From contig OX597816.1 of NCBI GenBank assembly GCA_951406725.2, forward strand, positions 66,154,001 to 66,218,000: DNA of 64,000 bases. The letters are read 5' to 3'. Source of the stretch: Octopus vulgaris. Its lineage: Eukaryota. Below are positions 62,946 to 64,000 of this stretch, in pieces (the first letter of the stretch is position 1; the number at the start of each line of letters is the position of its first letter). Below the pieces are notes generated by a model, which saw only the letters and a list, made by a program, of their open reading frames with translations, was not told the DNA's origin and did not search any database. The position numbers and the translations under genes are program-made.

Positions 62946-64000
62946 GTATATATATATGGGTTTGGTAATACAAACAGGTAAAATAGAACTCAAAATATAA
63001 GTGTAGGGCATCCAGCTGTAGAAACATTGCCAGATCAGATAGGAGCCTGGTGCATCCGCTGGTTCTCCAGACCTCAATCAAACCATCCAACCCATGCCAG
63101 CATGGAAAACAGACGTTAAACGATGATGATATACTTTTTTTTTATTATTCTTAATTGGTAGAAGTTACAAGTTGCCTTCATTTATAAAGACCAACTTAAA
63201 TGATAAATATAATTATCCCTGGATTCTAGTAAAAGTTAGAAATTTTTTTTATATCTAGTGCCAACTGAAATGAAACACAGCTGCAAGAAACAAACTACTC
63301 TAAACAGTGCTTTCTTTTAGTTTTAATTCAAAACATCTGTGTGACGAAGGTTTTTTTTTTTTTTGACTGATTGCTCCAAAATACTAGTTCAAAATGCACC
63401 AACTTCGTTTAACCTGTATCTTAAGATAATCAAGTCAAGCTATCCAGTTGAAAAACTGGTAATCACTTCTCCAACATCAACTTCAACAAAGAAATCCAGC
63501 TTCAAAATCTCATAAAAATCATGGTGGAGACATCGTGGGTATTAAACATGTATACACTATAATATTCACTTTTAGTTTGTTACTATCAAGATATCAAAAT
63601 CTTTCATTGTACACATACAACTTCATCACCGACTGTCAACATTGTTTTTAACAGCTACAATGATGACTCCAATGAAAGAGTTTCAATCCCAACATAGGAT
63701 TAGATCAAATTCCTTGCCAGACAAATGCAACTCAAGAATAATTACCTTTCATTAAGAAACATTTTTTCATAAAATACTATGGACCAGCCTGCTGACTTAA
63801 CCCTAGTAAATAATTAGTACTTACATTATACAAACATGATTCAAACTAAAAATCCTTCTTGTCTACTGCTAGGTAACAAGTAAATATACTACTATATATT
63901 GCAAAACCAATATATAATTTTATATGCAATACAAATATATCTTAATTTCGGTGCCAGTGTAGAATGTGATCTACAGCAACTTAAATCTAGACGGGCTTCA

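Larger units (their letters stand above)
11491..63130. mobile_element. Dispersed 5'-truncated copies of the same RTE 3'UTR/(GAT)n tail: minus at ~11491, 18700, 32030, 35978, 38604, 45385, 48687, 49132, 49735, 56012, 58935, 60733; plus at ~40998-41389, 48925, 63004
   Basis: Shared catcatcgtttaacgtccgctttccatgctagcatgggttgg...ctggatgcccttcctaacgccaaccactcc. The span is an envelope, not one element. Confidence 0.85.

Noticed and set aside
18700-63130. Apparent sense-strand bias of RTE tails in NBR1 introns (~11 vs ~5)
   Set aside because: Sample too small to be meaningful.
63619-63655. Possible first NBR1 exon (tag|...MLTVGDEV|gtatgt, minus strand)
   Set aside because: Too short and unlike a PB1 N-terminus; the true first coding exon is probably beyond the window.

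Overview
AT-rich, repeat-dense animal genomic DNA. The repeat families suggest a coleoid cephalopod, probably Octopus; this is inferred, not database-checked. On the minus strand, 18 hand-assembled, phase-consistent coding exons (59635->18124, 3357 nt, ~1118 aa) form an NBR1 autophagy-receptor gene: PB1, ZZ, coiled coil, FW, LIR, amphipathic helix, UBA. Its first coding exon was not found in the window. This NBR1 also has a poly-Q/His exon and two C-x2-C-x4-C-x2-H motifs just before the UBA. A convergent, unidentified plus-strand gene ends in three exons at 2230-5580. Between the genes is a near-perfect ~1.32-kb inverted duplication (8853-10175 / 12734-14052). The most striking non-coding theme is at least five unrelated short repeat families, each carrying a minimal type-I hammerhead-like motif (cores CUGANGA, GUGAACA, UUGAAAA/CUGAAAA, CCGAUGA, CUGGUGA/CCAAUGA), mostly inserted as head-to-head palindromes. 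One family has a tRNA-derived Pol III promoter and is the 3' end of a decayed Penelope RT/GIY-YIG element at 21315-22903. Also present: RTE tails, tRNA-SINEs, Helitron-like elements and piggyBac-type MITEs.
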